A DNA stretch of 64,000 nucleotides from Candidatus Nomurabacteria bacterium RIFCSPLOWO2_01_FULL_41_18 (GCA_001785865.1 MFUZ01000002.1:22128-86127), one strand, 5' to 3'. Positions 1-9,616 are shown, counted from the first letter of the stretch. The notes: generated by a model not told the origin, from the sequence alone. A program made the numbers and translations.

Positions 1-2
1 TC

Positions 3-704
3 GCAAACTTCGTGCCGTATATTTCTTCCAAATTCGACAACTTCATCAGCAATGACATCATGCGCCCAGTGGTGCTCCAACAAAATTCCGTTTTCAATTT
101 CAGAAAGATAATGGATGAGAAGAAAATTCTTTTAGTAAACCTCTCAAAAGGTCGCTTGGGCGATATCAACGCAAATCTGATCGGACTAGTCCTGGTCGGC
201 AAGATCCAAATGGCGGCGCTTTCGCGAGTAGATATGTTTGGAAAACCCATGAATGATTTTTATCTATACATAGACGAGTTTCAAAATGTTACAACAGATT
301 CTATTGCATCTATTTTATCTGAAGCTAGAAAATACCGGCTTTCTTTGAATATTGCCCATCAATACATCACCCAGCTAGAAGAAAAAATAAAAAATGCAGT
401 TTTCGGCAATGTCGGCTCGATGGCAGTGTTTCGTGTCGGCACCGAAGACGCGACATTTCTAGAACCGAAATTCAAGCCGACATTTACTTCTCAAGATATT
501 ACCAAACTGGATAATTACAATGCGTACATGAATATGCTGGTAAATGGCCAGCCCGTCAAACCCTTCAACCTCAAAACAGTCGCGCCGGAAAAAGGTAATC
601 CAGACATCGTGGATTCTCTCAAAGAACTTTCCTATATCAAATATGGGCGAGAAAGAGAGGAAGTAGAAGCCGAAATCATGGGAAGGTATAAGTCGATGGA
701 GTAG
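3..704 (+). CDS. C-terminal part of VirD4/TraD-like (type IV coupling protein/HerA-FtsK family) ATPase, 5'-truncated by window
   Basis: Walker B YLYIDEFQN followed by SEARKYRLSLNIAHQYITQL, typical of TraM-recognition/T4CP C-terminal domains. Confidence 0.8.
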   Translation, partial: ANFVPYISSKFDNFISNDIMRPVVLQQNSVFNFRKIMDEKKILLVNLSKGRLGDINANLIGLVLVGKIQMAALSRVDMFGKPMNDFYLYIDEFQNVTTDSIASILSEARKYRLSLNIAHQYITQLEEKIKNAVFGNVGSMAVFRVGTEDATFLEPKFKPTFTSQDITKLDNYNAYMNMLVNGQPVKPFNLKTVAPEKGNPDIVDSLKELSYIKYGREREEVEAEIMGRYKSME

Positions 705-706
705 AT

Positions 707-1279
707 ATGGAAGAAATAGAGGTAAAATTTTTAGACGTAAATAAAGAAGAAATTGAAAAAAAGTTAAAAAAACTTGGGGCGACTTTTGTCGGAGTTTTTG
801 ACTACAGATTAAAACCGTATGATTTTCCTGACTTATTTTTGTCAAAAGATAGGAATGCCTGGATTAGATTAAGAGATGAAGGGGATAGAGTGACTTTAGC
901 GTATAAGGAGCGTCTTGGGGTGGGTGAAAACCCTCTCAAAGATAAAGGAATGAAAGAAATTGAAGTAGAAGTTTCAGATTTTGATAAAACATCAAAAATT
1001 CTTGAAGCCGTAGGTTTTGTTGCTAAAGTTTACGAAGAAAGGCGACGCACCAGATATGTTTTGGATGGCGTAGAGTGCGATATAGATGAGTGGCCACTCA
1101 TTCCTCCTTACATAGAATTTGAAGGAAATTCGATCGAAGAATTGAAAGAAATATCCACTAAACTTGGTTTTTCTTGGGATAATCACGCAGTCGCTTCAGC
1201 TTATCAAGTTCTCCAGCATTATTCTGTTGACCCCCATCTTTATTCCGTTTTTACTTTTGAGAAACAGATCAAAAAATAA
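707..1279 (+). CDS. CYTH-domain protein (class IV adenylate cyclase/triphosphate tunnel metalloenzyme)
   Basis: N-terminal EIEVK (ExExK), WIRLR, LAYK, EIEVEV, YIEFE motifs. Confidence 0.85.
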   Translation: MEEIEVKFLDVNKEEIEKKLKKLGATFVGVFDYRLKPYDFPDLFLSKDRNAWIRLRDEGDRVTLAYKERLGVGENPLKDKGMKEIEVEVSDFDKTSKILEAVGFVAKVYEERRRTRYVLDGVECDIDEWPLIPPYIEFEGNSIEELKEISTKLGFSWDNHAVASAYQVLQHYSVDPHLYSVFTFEKQIKK

Positions 1280-1317
1280 ATTTTGCAATTTATTTTTTTT
1301 CTGATAAGATAAAGTTT

Positions 1318-1905
1318 ATGAAAAAACATCCAAAAGAAGAGGTTACATATGTCATGTTAAAGCCAGATGGAGTTCGCAAGGGACTCATCGGGGAAGTTAT
1401 AAAGCGTTTTGAACAGCGTGATTTGAAGATTGTGGCGCTTGAAATGTTTCAACCCGATTTTGACAAAGTGAATGATCATTATCCCAAAAATGAAGAGTGG
1501 ATAACTAGACTTGGTAACAAAACTCTCACCACTTATGAAAAATATGGCTATGATGCAATGAAAGATTTTGGAACTACTGATCCTGTCAAAATTGGTCCGA
1601 ATATACGCAAATGGCTTATAAATTACATGACGTCTGCGCCTCTCGTTAAGATGATAGTTAAAGGCGTGCACGCTGTAGATGTAGTTCGCAAAGTGGCGGG
1701 AGACACCATGCCCTATAAAGCTGATATGGGCACGATTCGTGGAGATTTCTCTATAGATAGCCCTGCGCTCGCTAATATGGAAAAAAGGGCTGTTATGAAT
1801 ATAGTTCACTGTTCTGAAACTCCAGAGGAAGCAGAACATGAGATAAAACACTGGTTTGGAAAAAGTAAAACTCATGACTATAAGAGGTTTGGAGTGGATG
1901 AATAA
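1318..1905 (+). CDS. ndk: Nucleoside diphosphate kinase
   Basis: MLKPDGVRKGLIGEVIKRFE, GTIRGDF, NIVHCSE (catalytic His). Confidence 0.93.
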   Translation: MKKHPKEEVTYVMLKPDGVRKGLIGEVIKRFEQRDLKIVALEMFQPDFDKVNDHYPKNEEWITRLGNKTLTTYEKYGYDAMKDFGTTDPVKIGPNIRKWLINYMTSAPLVKMIVKGVHAVDVVRKVAGDTMPYKADMGTIRGDFSIDSPALANMEKRAVMNIVHCSETPEEAEHEIKHWFGKSKTHDYKRFGVDE

Positions 1906-1908
1906 TCT

Positions 1909-2460
1909 ATGTATGAAGTTGAGGTAAAAGCACATCTCAAAGACAGGAAATCTGTTATAAAAAAACTAGAAAGTTTGGGTTGTAGATTCTCTAAAGAATT
2001 GCACCAAGTTGACCACATTTTTGCTCCCGAAGGAAATCCTTTTCCTTTACCATTTGAAATTCCAATCCTGCGAGTGCGTAAATCTAATAATAAATATTTC
2101 TTTACTTTAAAAATCTCTCAATCTAGTCGACAAGATTGTATTGAAAGAGAAATGGAAATTGTAGAAGGGGAGAAAATGATTGAAATATTGAAATTAATAA
2201 AATATAAAGAATTCGCTGTAGTGGATAAAAAAAGAATTAAAACCAATTTCAAGGATATGGAAATTGTCCTGGATGATGTGAAAGATTTGGGAGAGTTTAT
2301 AGAAGCTGAGAAAATTGTTACACATGAACATCATGAATATAGAAAAAAGATTCAAGAAGAACTGTTTGAGTTTCTTGAGACATTAGGTGTGACCAAAGAG
2401 AACAGAGTTATTGATGGCAAATACGACATTATGCTTTATAACAAACTAAATGAGAGATGA
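1909..2460 (+). CDS. Second CYTH-domain protein (CyaB-like)
   Basis: YEVEVKA, LRVR, TLK, VDKKR, LDDVKDLGEFIEAE motifs. Confidence 0.87.
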   Translation: MYEVEVKAHLKDRKSVIKKLESLGCRFSKELHQVDHIFAPEGNPFPLPFEIPILRVRKSNNKYFFTLKISQSSRQDCIEREMEIVEGEKMIEILKLIKYKEFAVVDKKRIKTNFKDMEIVLDDVKDLGEFIEAEKIVTHEHHEYRKKIQEELFEFLETLGVTKENRVIDGKYDIMLYNKLNER

Positions 2461-2463
2461 TTT

Positions 2464-3063
2464 ATGATAAAAGTTGTTATTTTTGATGCAGATGGAGTGT
2501 TGGTTCATGGTGAAAGAAGATTCAGTAAGACTCTTTCGGAAAAGCATGGAATTTCTTTAGAAACAACACTGCCATTCTTTACTGGACCTTTTCAAGAATG
2601 CTTGGTTGGAAATTTAGATTTAAAAAAAATTATTTTGCCATATTTAAATACTTGGGGTTGGGATAAAGGAGTAGATGTTCTTTTAGACTATTGGTTTTCA
2701 CTTGAAAGTAAAACGGATAAAGAGATAATTAAATATATTAAAGAATTAAGGCAAAAAGGAATAGTATGTTTGCTGGCTACCAATAATGAAAAATATCGTT
2801 TCCAGTATATGATGGATAAAATGGGATTGGTAAATGTATTTGATAAAACATATTCTTCAGCTCACTTGGGTCACAAAAAACCAGAGCAAGCTTTTTTCTT
2901 AAAAATATACAAAGAATTGAGTAATATAAAAAAAGAAGAAATACTTTTTGTTGATGATAGTGTAGAAAACATAGAAGGAGCCAAAAAATTTGGTATTAGG
3001 GTAGAACTTTTTGAATCTATAAAAGATTTAAAGAAAAAACTTTCATTTTTAAACAAAAAATAA
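2464..3063 (+). CDS. HAD-superfamily phosphatase
   Basis: FDADGVL motif I, ATN motif II, KKP and FVDD motifs III/IV. Confidence 0.88.
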   Translation: MIKVVIFDADGVLVHGERRFSKTLSEKHGISLETTLPFFTGPFQECLVGNLDLKKIILPYLNTWGWDKGVDVLLDYWFSLESKTDKEIIKYIKELRQKGIVCLLATNNEKYRFQYMMDKMGLVNVFDKTYSSAHLGHKKPEQAFFLKIYKELSNIKKEEILFVDDSVENIEGAKKFGIRVELFESIKDLKKKLSFLNKK

Positions 3064-3103
3064 TCAAACTTCATTCAGAAACAAAAAAAAGTGTCTGTCC
3101 AGA

Positions 3104-3132
3104 TTGATTTCTCCAATGAAAAAGTATACAGT
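3104..3132 (+). promoter_or_regulatory. Sigma70 promoter for intergenic ncRNA candidate
   Basis: TTGATT (3104-3109), 17 nt, TACAGT (3127-3132). Confidence 0.5.
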
Positions 3133-3138
3133 TTAAGT

Positions 3139-3262
3139 AGGGTTATTTCCGGTTATTACCTAGACAATAAATTATGGGAGAGTCGATTGTGTTTAGCCTT
3201 GGCTTCTCGCATCTCTCACCCACTTAGCTAAAAGCTATGGTAATATATCTGAAATAGTCCTA
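3139..3262 (+). ncRNA. Candidate structured ncRNA, 6S RNA-like long hairpin with central bubble
   Basis: 3139-3149 pairs with 3251-3261, 3154-3163 with 3235-3245, A-rich bubble, inner TGGGAGAG/CTCTCACCCA stem; own promoter and terminator. Confidence 0.5.
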
Positions 3263-3268
3263 AGAAGT

Positions 3269-3292
3269 AACCCTCGTACGCGGGGTTTTTTC
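3269..3292 (+). terminator. Intrinsic terminator
   Basis: AACCCTCG-TACG-CGGGGTT hairpin followed by T-run. Confidence 0.6.
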
Positions 3293-3327
3293 TTATCAAA
3301 AAGATAATTTTGCGGTACAATACCGGT

Positions 3328-3723
3328 ATGGACAGAAAAAAGCTCATAAAACGCCTGATATATCTCATCTTTTTGATTCTTATAGCCAATTTTCTCGGTA
3401 ATACATTCTATTGGCATGTTTCTATATGGTATTACGACATGATCATGCATTTCTTGGGAGGGTTCTGGGTAGGGCTCGTGTCTTTTTATTTTTTTACTTT
3501 CCAGGGTATTTCGTCCAAGCTTATTTTAAGGATCTTATCGCTTGTGCTGATAATCGGGATCGGATGGGAACTGTTTGAGATATTGGTCAATGATGCGTTC
3601 GCCAGGAATTCTTTCAATTCTTTAGATACTCTTTCTGATATCTTTTTTGATCTTGCCGGTGGGTCATTGTCTATTTTGTATTTTCTAAAACGAATTATGT
3701 TTAGCGGAGAAAATAAAGTATAA
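3328..3723 (+). CDS. Membrane protein, VanZ/DUF2238-like
   Basis: 4 hydrophobic segments, DMIMHFLGG, WELFE, DTLSDIFFD motifs; ATG 3328 lies 6 nt after a TACAAT -10 box. Confidence 0.65.
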   Translation: MDRKKLIKRLIYLIFLILIANFLGNTFYWHVSIWYYDMIMHFLGGFWVGLVSFYFFTFQGISSKLILRILSLVLIIGIGWELFEILVNDAFARNSFNSLDTLSDIFFDLAGGSLSILYFLKRIMFSGENKV

Positions 3724-3731
3724 TTATCCCA

Positions 3732-5096
3732 ATGGAAAAAACTGCAAAAATTACATTCTGCGGGGGGACTGGCTCTGTGACAGGAGCTAATTTTCTTTTA
3801 GAGGTGGACGGAAAAAAGATCCTGATAGACTGCGGACTCACCCAGGGAATGAATCTGGCTGACAATATCAACTGGGATCCTTTCCCATACGAATCGAAGG
3901 AGATTGATATTCTCTTTATCACCCATGCGCACGTGGATCATTTGGGGCGCGTTCCGAAACTTCTTCACGAAGGATTCCGGGGAAAAATCTATTCCACGAA
4001 GCCCACCAAGTCTCTCGCACTGCCGATGCTCCTCGATACCACCGGCATTCTCTGTAAAAATACAGATCTCGGCCTGGATAAAATTTACACCGAGGAGAAT
4101 GTGAAATTAGCGCTTTCGCTTTGGGAAGGCTTCGATTATCACCAGAAGCTCACGATCACTCCCGATTTGGAAGTTTCCTTTTTGAACGCCGGCCATATCT
4201 TAGGTTCGGCAATGATCAAATTTGTATATAACGGCAAGTCTATCCTCTTTACCGGGGACCTGGGAAATTCTCCGTCAATGATCCTGCCGGACACGGAAAA
4301 GATAACCGGCATAGATTATTTGATCATGGAGTCTGTGTACGGCGACAGGAATCATGAATCGAAAGATGATCGCCGGAAGTTTCTGGAGGCAACCATTGAG
4401 GACAACTATAAAAGGAAGGGGACTCTAGTCATACCCGTTTTCTCCCTCGAACGCTCGCAGGAGCTTCTCTTTGAACTGAATAATTTGGTGGAAAACAAGC
4501 GAGTGCCTGTCATGCCTATTTTTCTAGATTCACCGCTTGCCATTCGTTTGACAGAAGTTTTCAAGCAATATAAAAGTTATTTGAATGAAAATGCACAACA
4601 CGCCATGAAGAGTGACAAATACTTGTTTGATTTTCCCGGATTGCACAATACTCTAAAATCGGAGGAATCCAAAATGATCAATGATGTGCCAAATCCCAAG
4701 ATAGTCATCGCTGGCAGCGGAATGTCTACTGGCGGGCGTATAGTGCACCATGAAAGGCATTACTTGCCGGACCCCAACAACACCCTTCTCTTGACCGGAT
4801 ATCAGGTGGTAGGTAGCCCGGGGCGGCTCATCCAAGAGGGACTCAAGACGGTGCGCATAACAGGAGAAGACGTGATCATTCGTGCTCATATTGTGACTAT
4901 TCTCGGATATTCCGGGCATAAGGATTCAGATGGATTGTTATCTTTTGTCGAGGACACGCAAGAAACAGTAAAAAAAGTTTTTGTAGTGATGGGCGAACCG
5001 AAATCGGCGATGTTCCTAGTCCAGAAACTTCGAGACAATTTAGGGATAGATGCTTCGGCGCCGGAATTGGGGCAGAGTATAGTCTTGCCCTGTTAA
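3732..5096 (+). CDS. MBL-fold beta-CASP ribonuclease
   Basis: THAHVDH, AGHILGS, FTGDLG, MESVYG, YSGHKD motifs. Confidence 0.9.
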   Translation: MEKTAKITFCGGTGSVTGANFLLEVDGKKILIDCGLTQGMNLADNINWDPFPYESKEIDILFITHAHVDHLGRVPKLLHEGFRGKIYSTKPTKSLALPMLLDTTGILCKNTDLGLDKIYTEENVKLALSLWEGFDYHQKLTITPDLEVSFLNAGHILGSAMIKFVYNGKSILFTGDLGNSPSMILPDTEKITGIDYLIMESVYGDRNHESKDDRRKFLEATIEDNYKRKGTLVIPVFSLERSQELLFELNNLVENKRVPVMPIFLDSPLAIRLTEVFKQYKSYLNENAQHAMKSDKYLFDFPGLHNTLKSEESKMINDVPNPKIVIAGSGMSTGGRIVHHERHYLPDPNNTLLLTGYQVVGSPGRLIQEGLKTVRITGEDVIIRAHIVTILGYSGHKDSDGLLSFVEDTQETVKKVFVVMGEPKSAMFLVQKLRDNLGIDASAPELGQSIVLPC

Positions 5097-5123
5097 ATAA
5101 TTTTTTTATGTTAAAATAAGAAT

Positions 5124-5744
5124 ATGGATTCTTGGTTAAAAAATAGACATGGACATAATCAAATAAAAATATGCGTCTCCGGGGCGGCAGAAACCGGTCA
5201 TTGCGGGATAAATGCTCTAGACAAGGCTAAAGAACTTGGGCGAGAAATCGCTCGCGCGGGGATGGTACTAGTGACCGGAGCCACGACCGGATTTCCGCTT
5301 TGGGTGGCAATGGGACTGAAGGAAGTGGGAGGCATTTCCATTGGAATATCTCCAGCCGCGTCCGAAAAAGAACACGTGGAAGTATATAAATTGCCGATAG
5401 ATTATATGGATCTCATCATGTATACCGGGTTCGGTTATGCCGGGCGTGACCTACTCCTCACCCGCTCTGCAGACGCGGTCATCTGTGGTTGCGGGCGTAT
5501 CGGCACTATTCATGAGTTCACTATTGCATTCGAGGACAACAAACCTCTCGGTATTTATAAAGGGCCTTGGGAAATGGGAGCAGAACTTGAGGAAATAATA
5601 CGGAAGGGCCACCGTCCAAATGCTAAAATTGTCACTGGCGAGGACCCAAAGAAACTTTTAGCAGATATTCTGGCTTTAGTCAAAGCGGATAAAATAACCG
5701 AATACAGAATTGTTCCGACTGGAGTGGCCACTACTACTGTTTAG
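5124..5744 (+). CDS. LOG/SLOG-family nucleotide-binding protein (TIGR00725-like)
   Basis: VTGATTG, GISP, TGFGYAGRD, GRIGTIHE motifs. Confidence 0.8.
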   Translation: MDSWLKNRHGHNQIKICVSGAAETGHCGINALDKAKELGREIARAGMVLVTGATTGFPLWVAMGLKEVGGISIGISPAASEKEHVEVYKLPIDYMDLIMYTGFGYAGRDLLLTRSADAVICGCGRIGTIHEFTIAFEDNKPLGIYKGPWEMGAELEEIIRKGHRPNAKIVTGEDPKKLLADILALVKADKITEYRIVPTGVATTTV

Positions 5745-5755
5745 AAAAACCTTTT

Positions 5756-6100
5756 TTATTTAACTGCCTCCAAAACTTTGGCGAAAGTTTTTGGATGATG
5801 CTCAGCAAAATCTGCTAGGATTTTGCGATCAAGTAATATTTTTTTCTTATTTAAGCCATCAATTAGTTTAGAATAAGTTGTGCCGAGTTCACGCGCGCCT
5901 GCGTTTATTTTTATATTCCAAAGTGTTCTATTATGCGACTTTTTGTCCTTTCGGTGTGCGAAAGAATAATTTCCGGAATGCAAAAGAGCATCCTTTGCTT
6001 GGCGTTCTTTCGTGCTTCGTCCGTGACGAAAACCTTTGGTTTGTTTCAGAACACTTCTTCTCCTCTTTAATGCATGTACTCCCTTTTTTACTCTGGTCAT
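5756..6100 (-). CDS. rplT: 50S ribosomal protein L20
   Basis: MTRVKKG...KGFRHGRS...LWNIKINAGAR...LDRKILAD; infC-rpmI-rplT order. Confidence 0.97.
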   Translation of the reverse strand: MTRVKKGVHALKRRRSVLKQTKGFRHGRSTKERQAKDALLHSGNYSFAHRKDKKSHNRTLWNIKINAGARELGTTYSKLIDGLNKKKILLDRKILADFAEHHPKTFAKVLEAVK

Positions 6101-6113
6101 AAAGTTAAATTCT

Positions 6114-6164
6114 ACCTCACCCCTTCGCCCCTCTCCTTGTTAAGGAGAGGGGTTGGGGAGAGGT
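6114..6164. repeat. REP-like palindrome, family A (CCCCTCTCC-loop-GGAGAGGGG with ACCTC/GAGGT ends)
   Basis: ACCTCACCCC..CCCCTCTCCTTGTTAAGGAGAGGGG..GAGAGGT between rpmI and rplT. Confidence 0.8.
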
Positions 6165-6165
6165 T

Positions 6166-6363
6166 CTATGTGAATGGTAATAAATGGCTCTTCGGCTTGT
6201 TTTTAATAATAAAATTTTTGCCTTTCTTGCCGGCAAGTTGTTTCGTGCGGGATTGTTTTGCATTGAAATGATTAAAACCTGGTTTACGTGAAAGTATCTT
6301 TCCACTTTTTGTGATTTTTAATCTCTTACTATATGATTTGTTTGTTTTCATACCTTTTCCCAT
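6166..6363 (-). CDS. rpmI: 50S ribosomal protein L35
   Basis: MKTNKSYSKRLKITKSGK...HFNAKQS. Confidence 0.93.
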   Translation of the reverse strand: MGKGMKTNKSYSKRLKITKSGKILSRKPGFNHFNAKQSRTKQLAGKKGKNFIIKNKPKSHLLPFT

Positions 6364-6367
6364 ATAA

Positions 6368-6871
6368 TTACTTCTTTTCTATTGTGGTAATCAAACCTTT
6401 CGGACCTTTCTTATACGCATCGGATATCTTGTAATCTTCGGTGATTAAGTGAAGCACTCTATCCAAACGTTCTTTTAAAAATTTCTCATCCATATATTTC
6501 GCGCGTCCAGCAAGGAAAAGTTCCACTTTGACTCGATGACCTTCCTTGATCCATTTGGAAGCGGTTTTCGCTTTCAATTCCAAATCATGATCTCCCGTTC
6601 CTATCTTGATCTGAATTCCTTTGGTCTCTGTCTTGTTTGCGCCTGCTTTGGCTTTCTTCAATTTCTTACTTGCCTCATACTGATATTTTCCAAAATCCAT
6701 CAGCTTTGCCAAGGGCGGGTTGGCATTTGGGCCTATCTCTATCAAATCTAAACCCTTTCCTTGCGCGAGCTCCAGAGCGTCTTTTATACTTAAAACACCG
6801 AGATTTTTATTTTCACTGTCTAAAACCCGAAGTTCCGTCGCTCGTATTTGGTTGTTTATTCTTTCACGCAA
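6368..6871 (-). CDS. infC: Translation initiation factor IF-3 (probable TTG or other non-ATG start)
   Basis: RINNQIRATELRVLD, GLDLIEI, PPLAKLMDFGKYQYE; no in-frame ATG near the conserved N-terminus. Confidence 0.93.
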   Translation of the reverse strand: MRERINNQIRATELRVLDSENKNLGVLSIKDALELAQGKGLDLIEIGPNANPPLAKLMDFGKYQYEASKKLKKAKAGANKTETKGIQIKIGTGDHDLELKAKTASKWIKEGHRVKVELFLAGRAKYMDEKFLKERLDRVLHLITEDYKISDAYKKGPKGLITTIEKK

Positions 6872-6980
6872 TTGATATAAATAGTGCTCACTAAGTCTTT
6901 TGATATCTTTGACTAATAAGAATATAGCGTATTGGGGGCTGAAAGTCAACACATTGAAATGATATTAAATTAAGCCTATA

Positions 6981-9566
6981 ATGAATAGAATGAAAGAAAT
7001 ATGGAGTCGAAAATTAGACTCATTTAAGGAAGAAATAAAAAAAGTCTCTAGTGCTACGGGGCAATCCTTTGATCTTTCTGAAGATCAGAGAAATAAAACA
7101 CTTAAAGAGTTTAAAAAAACTGATAGAGCAAGGCTTCGAGCGTTTATTTCTATAATAAATAAATTAGACGAAAAAGAAGAGAGTGGCACATCTAACGATG
7201 GTGAAAAGGTAGAAGCAAAATTTTCTAAAGAACTTAAGGTGCTTCGTATTTTGGATTCTGTCGATCTTTTCATAAAACAGTATGAAAAAGGAGAACATTC
7301 TACACTTGAACCAAGGCAAGTGGAGTCATTAGTAAAAATTGCTGCCTTTCTTCGTTCTGGTAAAAGGAGAGGTTATGTGGAATTACCTACAGGTTTGGGT
7401 AAGACTGTCATTTTTGCTGAGCTTATAGAAGCTTTAAAAGATGTGCCTGATATGAAGATTCTTGTTGTTGGAAGTGGAAATATTAATGCAATACAGAATG
7501 TCCAAAAAGTAGAGCGATTTAGTGGGGGAGAAGTTGGACAATATTTTGCTGACAAAAAAGAATTACATGCCAAGGTAACAGTTTGTAACTATAATGGTCT
7601 AAGAAATGCCATTAGTAATGGCAGTTTTAAAAGTGGTGATTTTGATTTGGTTTTATTGGATGAAGTTCACGATGGTTTGGGTAAAATTACTCAAGAATCT
7701 ATTAATAAAACTTTCAAAAAAGAAACAATTATAGGATTTTCTGCTACGGCTACTTATGAATTATTGAAAGGTAGAACTGCATCAGATTTTTTACCTATTG
7801 AAATAGATAAGATGGGGGTTGTAGAGGCAGTCAAGGGGAATTTACTTTCAGCATTTAATGTTGAAATTATAAAAGTTCCGATTGTTTTAGGGGGTATACG
7901 TGTGAGGCACGGTGATTATTTACCCGGTGAATTGGAAAAAAATATCAATACTAAAGAAAGGAATGATTTAATAGTAGATAGTTATATAAGTTTTTATAGA
8001 AGAGAAGGGAGTAAAACTATTGCTTTTTGTACGGGTAGACAACACACCAGAGATCTTGCTAGCGTTTTTGAAGCCAAAGGGATAAAATCAGGAGTTCTTA
8101 CAGGCGAACTTGATATTGATGAGAGGGAGGCTGTTTTACAGAAATGGAAAAATGGAGAAATAGAAGTATTGTGTGGTTCTAAACTTTCATGGCAATCTCT
8201 TGATGAAACAGAGGCAACAATAGGTCTCAACGTAAAACCCAGTCTCTCAGAAAAGGATGTAATACAAAGAGGTGGTCGATTACTTCGTCGTTCGCAAGTG
8301 AGAAATAATAAAAGAGCAACTATTGTAGAGTTTTTAGATGAATGGCGAGAAAATAATAATCGCCCCGTATTTTATTCTGAAGTATTAGAAACTGCGGAAG
8401 CTCAACCAGATAAATGGACAAGTGATGTTTCGGGAACAGGGCTCAGTGAAGCGACACCTGTGCTTCCAGAGATAATTGAGACAGCAAGTGTTTCACCAGT
8501 GGTTGAAATACCTGTAGAAATTAAATCTAGTGCTATTAATACGACTCAAGAAAAGGAAATAACAGACTCTGGAGTTGTGCGTTATTTTGATACAAACCAA
8601 GTTATGGAGATTAGTAACAGAAATCGTAAATTTAGAAACGAGGGGTATTTTGAATATGCACCAAAAGAATGGATGAGTGCCAATATAATTGCTGTTGAAG
8701 TAGGTGCGACCACAAAGGAAGTCGATACTATAATATTTAATGTTGCGAAAGAGATTTCTAGAAATAAATTTGAAAAGAGCTCAGGGGTATATCTTAGTTC
8801 TTTAGGAATAAAAAGGATTTTTTATGGACCAGAAATTCTCGATAAGGTTTATATTCATTTAATTGGTTCAACGAGAATTGAAAAAATTAAAAGTGGAACA
8901 TTGGAAATTGCTAGAAGTTTTGATGAATTAGAAAAAGAATCATTAGAAAAAGACCACGAAACGCAATATGAAAGACAGATAGACTTAGAATATAGAGATT
9001 ACGATTTACTTCCCAGTTTCACTTTGGAAGGAGATAGTTTGGAAGATGAAGAAGAAGGGGTGAACATCGGAGATATTTCTGAATTACATCCTGAGGGGGA
9101 ACAAATAGAAGGGAAACTTAGTGATTTAATTGGTTATCGTTATTCTATTCAAGGAGGTAAAATGGGTAATTATAGAAGTAGTCTTAAGAAACCCAAAATA
9201 GAGAGGATGTTAAAACAAACCGAAAGATATGGACTACATCCTGTTCGTGGTTTAAGAAAGAACAATTTAGATTTTAGAAGTGAAATAGAGGAACAAGAAA
9301 TGGAGAAAATAATGATGGATATAATTTCTTCTCCAGATATTTTAACTGATCGAGAAAGAACAGTAGTATCAATGCTATATTTAAATAATGAGGATGAAAA
9401 AAATACACAAGACATTGTCGGCGAGCATTTTGGAGTTACCGGTTCGTTGATTGGTGGAATACGTCGTAGAGCACTCAGAAAAATAAGAGAAGCTATTGAT
9501 ATATATGAGCGTACAGGTAAAATTGCTCCCGATTATGCTGAAGCTATTAGGAAACCCACTATTTAA
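6981..9566 (+). CDS. SF2 DExH helicase (ResIII-like) fused to C-terminal sigma70 region-4-like HTH
   Basis: LPTGLGKT, LLDEVH, GFSAT, QRGGRLLR; C-terminal LTDRERTVVSMLY..TQDIVGEHFGVT..IRRRALRKIR. Confidence 0.8.
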   Translation: MNRMKEIWSRKLDSFKEEIKKVSSATGQSFDLSEDQRNKTLKEFKKTDRARLRAFISIINKLDEKEESGTSNDGEKVEAKFSKELKVLRILDSVDLFIKQYEKGEHSTLEPRQVESLVKIAAFLRSGKRRGYVELPTGLGKTVIFAELIEALKDVPDMKILVVGSGNINAIQNVQKVERFSGGEVGQYFADKKELHAKVTVCNYNGLRNAISNGSFKSGDFDLVLLDEVHDGLGKITQESINKTFKKETIIGFSATATYELLKGRTASDFLPIEIDKMGVVEAVKGNLLSAFNVEIIKVPIVLGGIRVRHGDYLPGELEKNINTKERNDLIVDSYISFYRREGSKTIAFCTGRQHTRDLASVFEAKGIKSGVLTGELDIDEREAVLQKWKNGEIEVLCGSKLSWQSLDETEATIGLNVKPSLSEKDVIQRGGRLLRRSQVRNNKRATIVEFLDEWRENNNRPVFYSEVLETAEAQPDKWTSDVSGTGLSEATPVLPEIIETASVSPVVEIPVEIKSSAINTTQEKEITDSGVVRYFDTNQVMEISNRNRKFRNEGYFEYAPKEWMSANIIAVEVGATTKEVDTIIFNVAKEISRNKFEKSSGVYLSSLGIKRIFYGPEILDKVYIHLIGSTRIEKIKSGTLEIARSFDELEKESLEKDHETQYERQIDLEYRDYDLLPSFTLEGDSLEDEEEGVNIGDISELHPEGEQIEGKLSDLIGYRYSIQGGKMGNYRSSLKKPKIERMLKQTERYGLHPVRGLRKNNLDFRSEIEEQEMEKIMMDIISSPDILTDRERTVVSMLYLNNEDEKNTQDIVGEHFGVTGSLIGGIRRRALRKIREAIDIYERTGKIAPDYAEAIRKPTI

Positions 9567-9616
9567 TATTCTTAGTTTCAACAAATATAATAGATGCTTT
9601 ATGTTAATATAAAGTT

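Noticed and set aside
3-704. Conjugative element/ICE
   Set aside because: Only a lone coupling-protein-like ATPase fragment followed by housekeeping genes; no relaxase, VirB or integrase genes in the window.
2458-2460. UGA recoding (genetic code 25)
   Set aside because: TGA ends genes at sensible places (2460, 32733) and long genes are uninterrupted under code 11.
3139-3262. SRP RNA identity for the ncRNA candidate
   Set aside because: No GGAA tetraloop helix with the CAGG/AGCA internal loop.
6117-6305. 62-aa ORF overlapping rpmI
   Set aside because: Alternative frame; its C-terminus ([12 protein letters not shown]) is just translation of a family A repeat.
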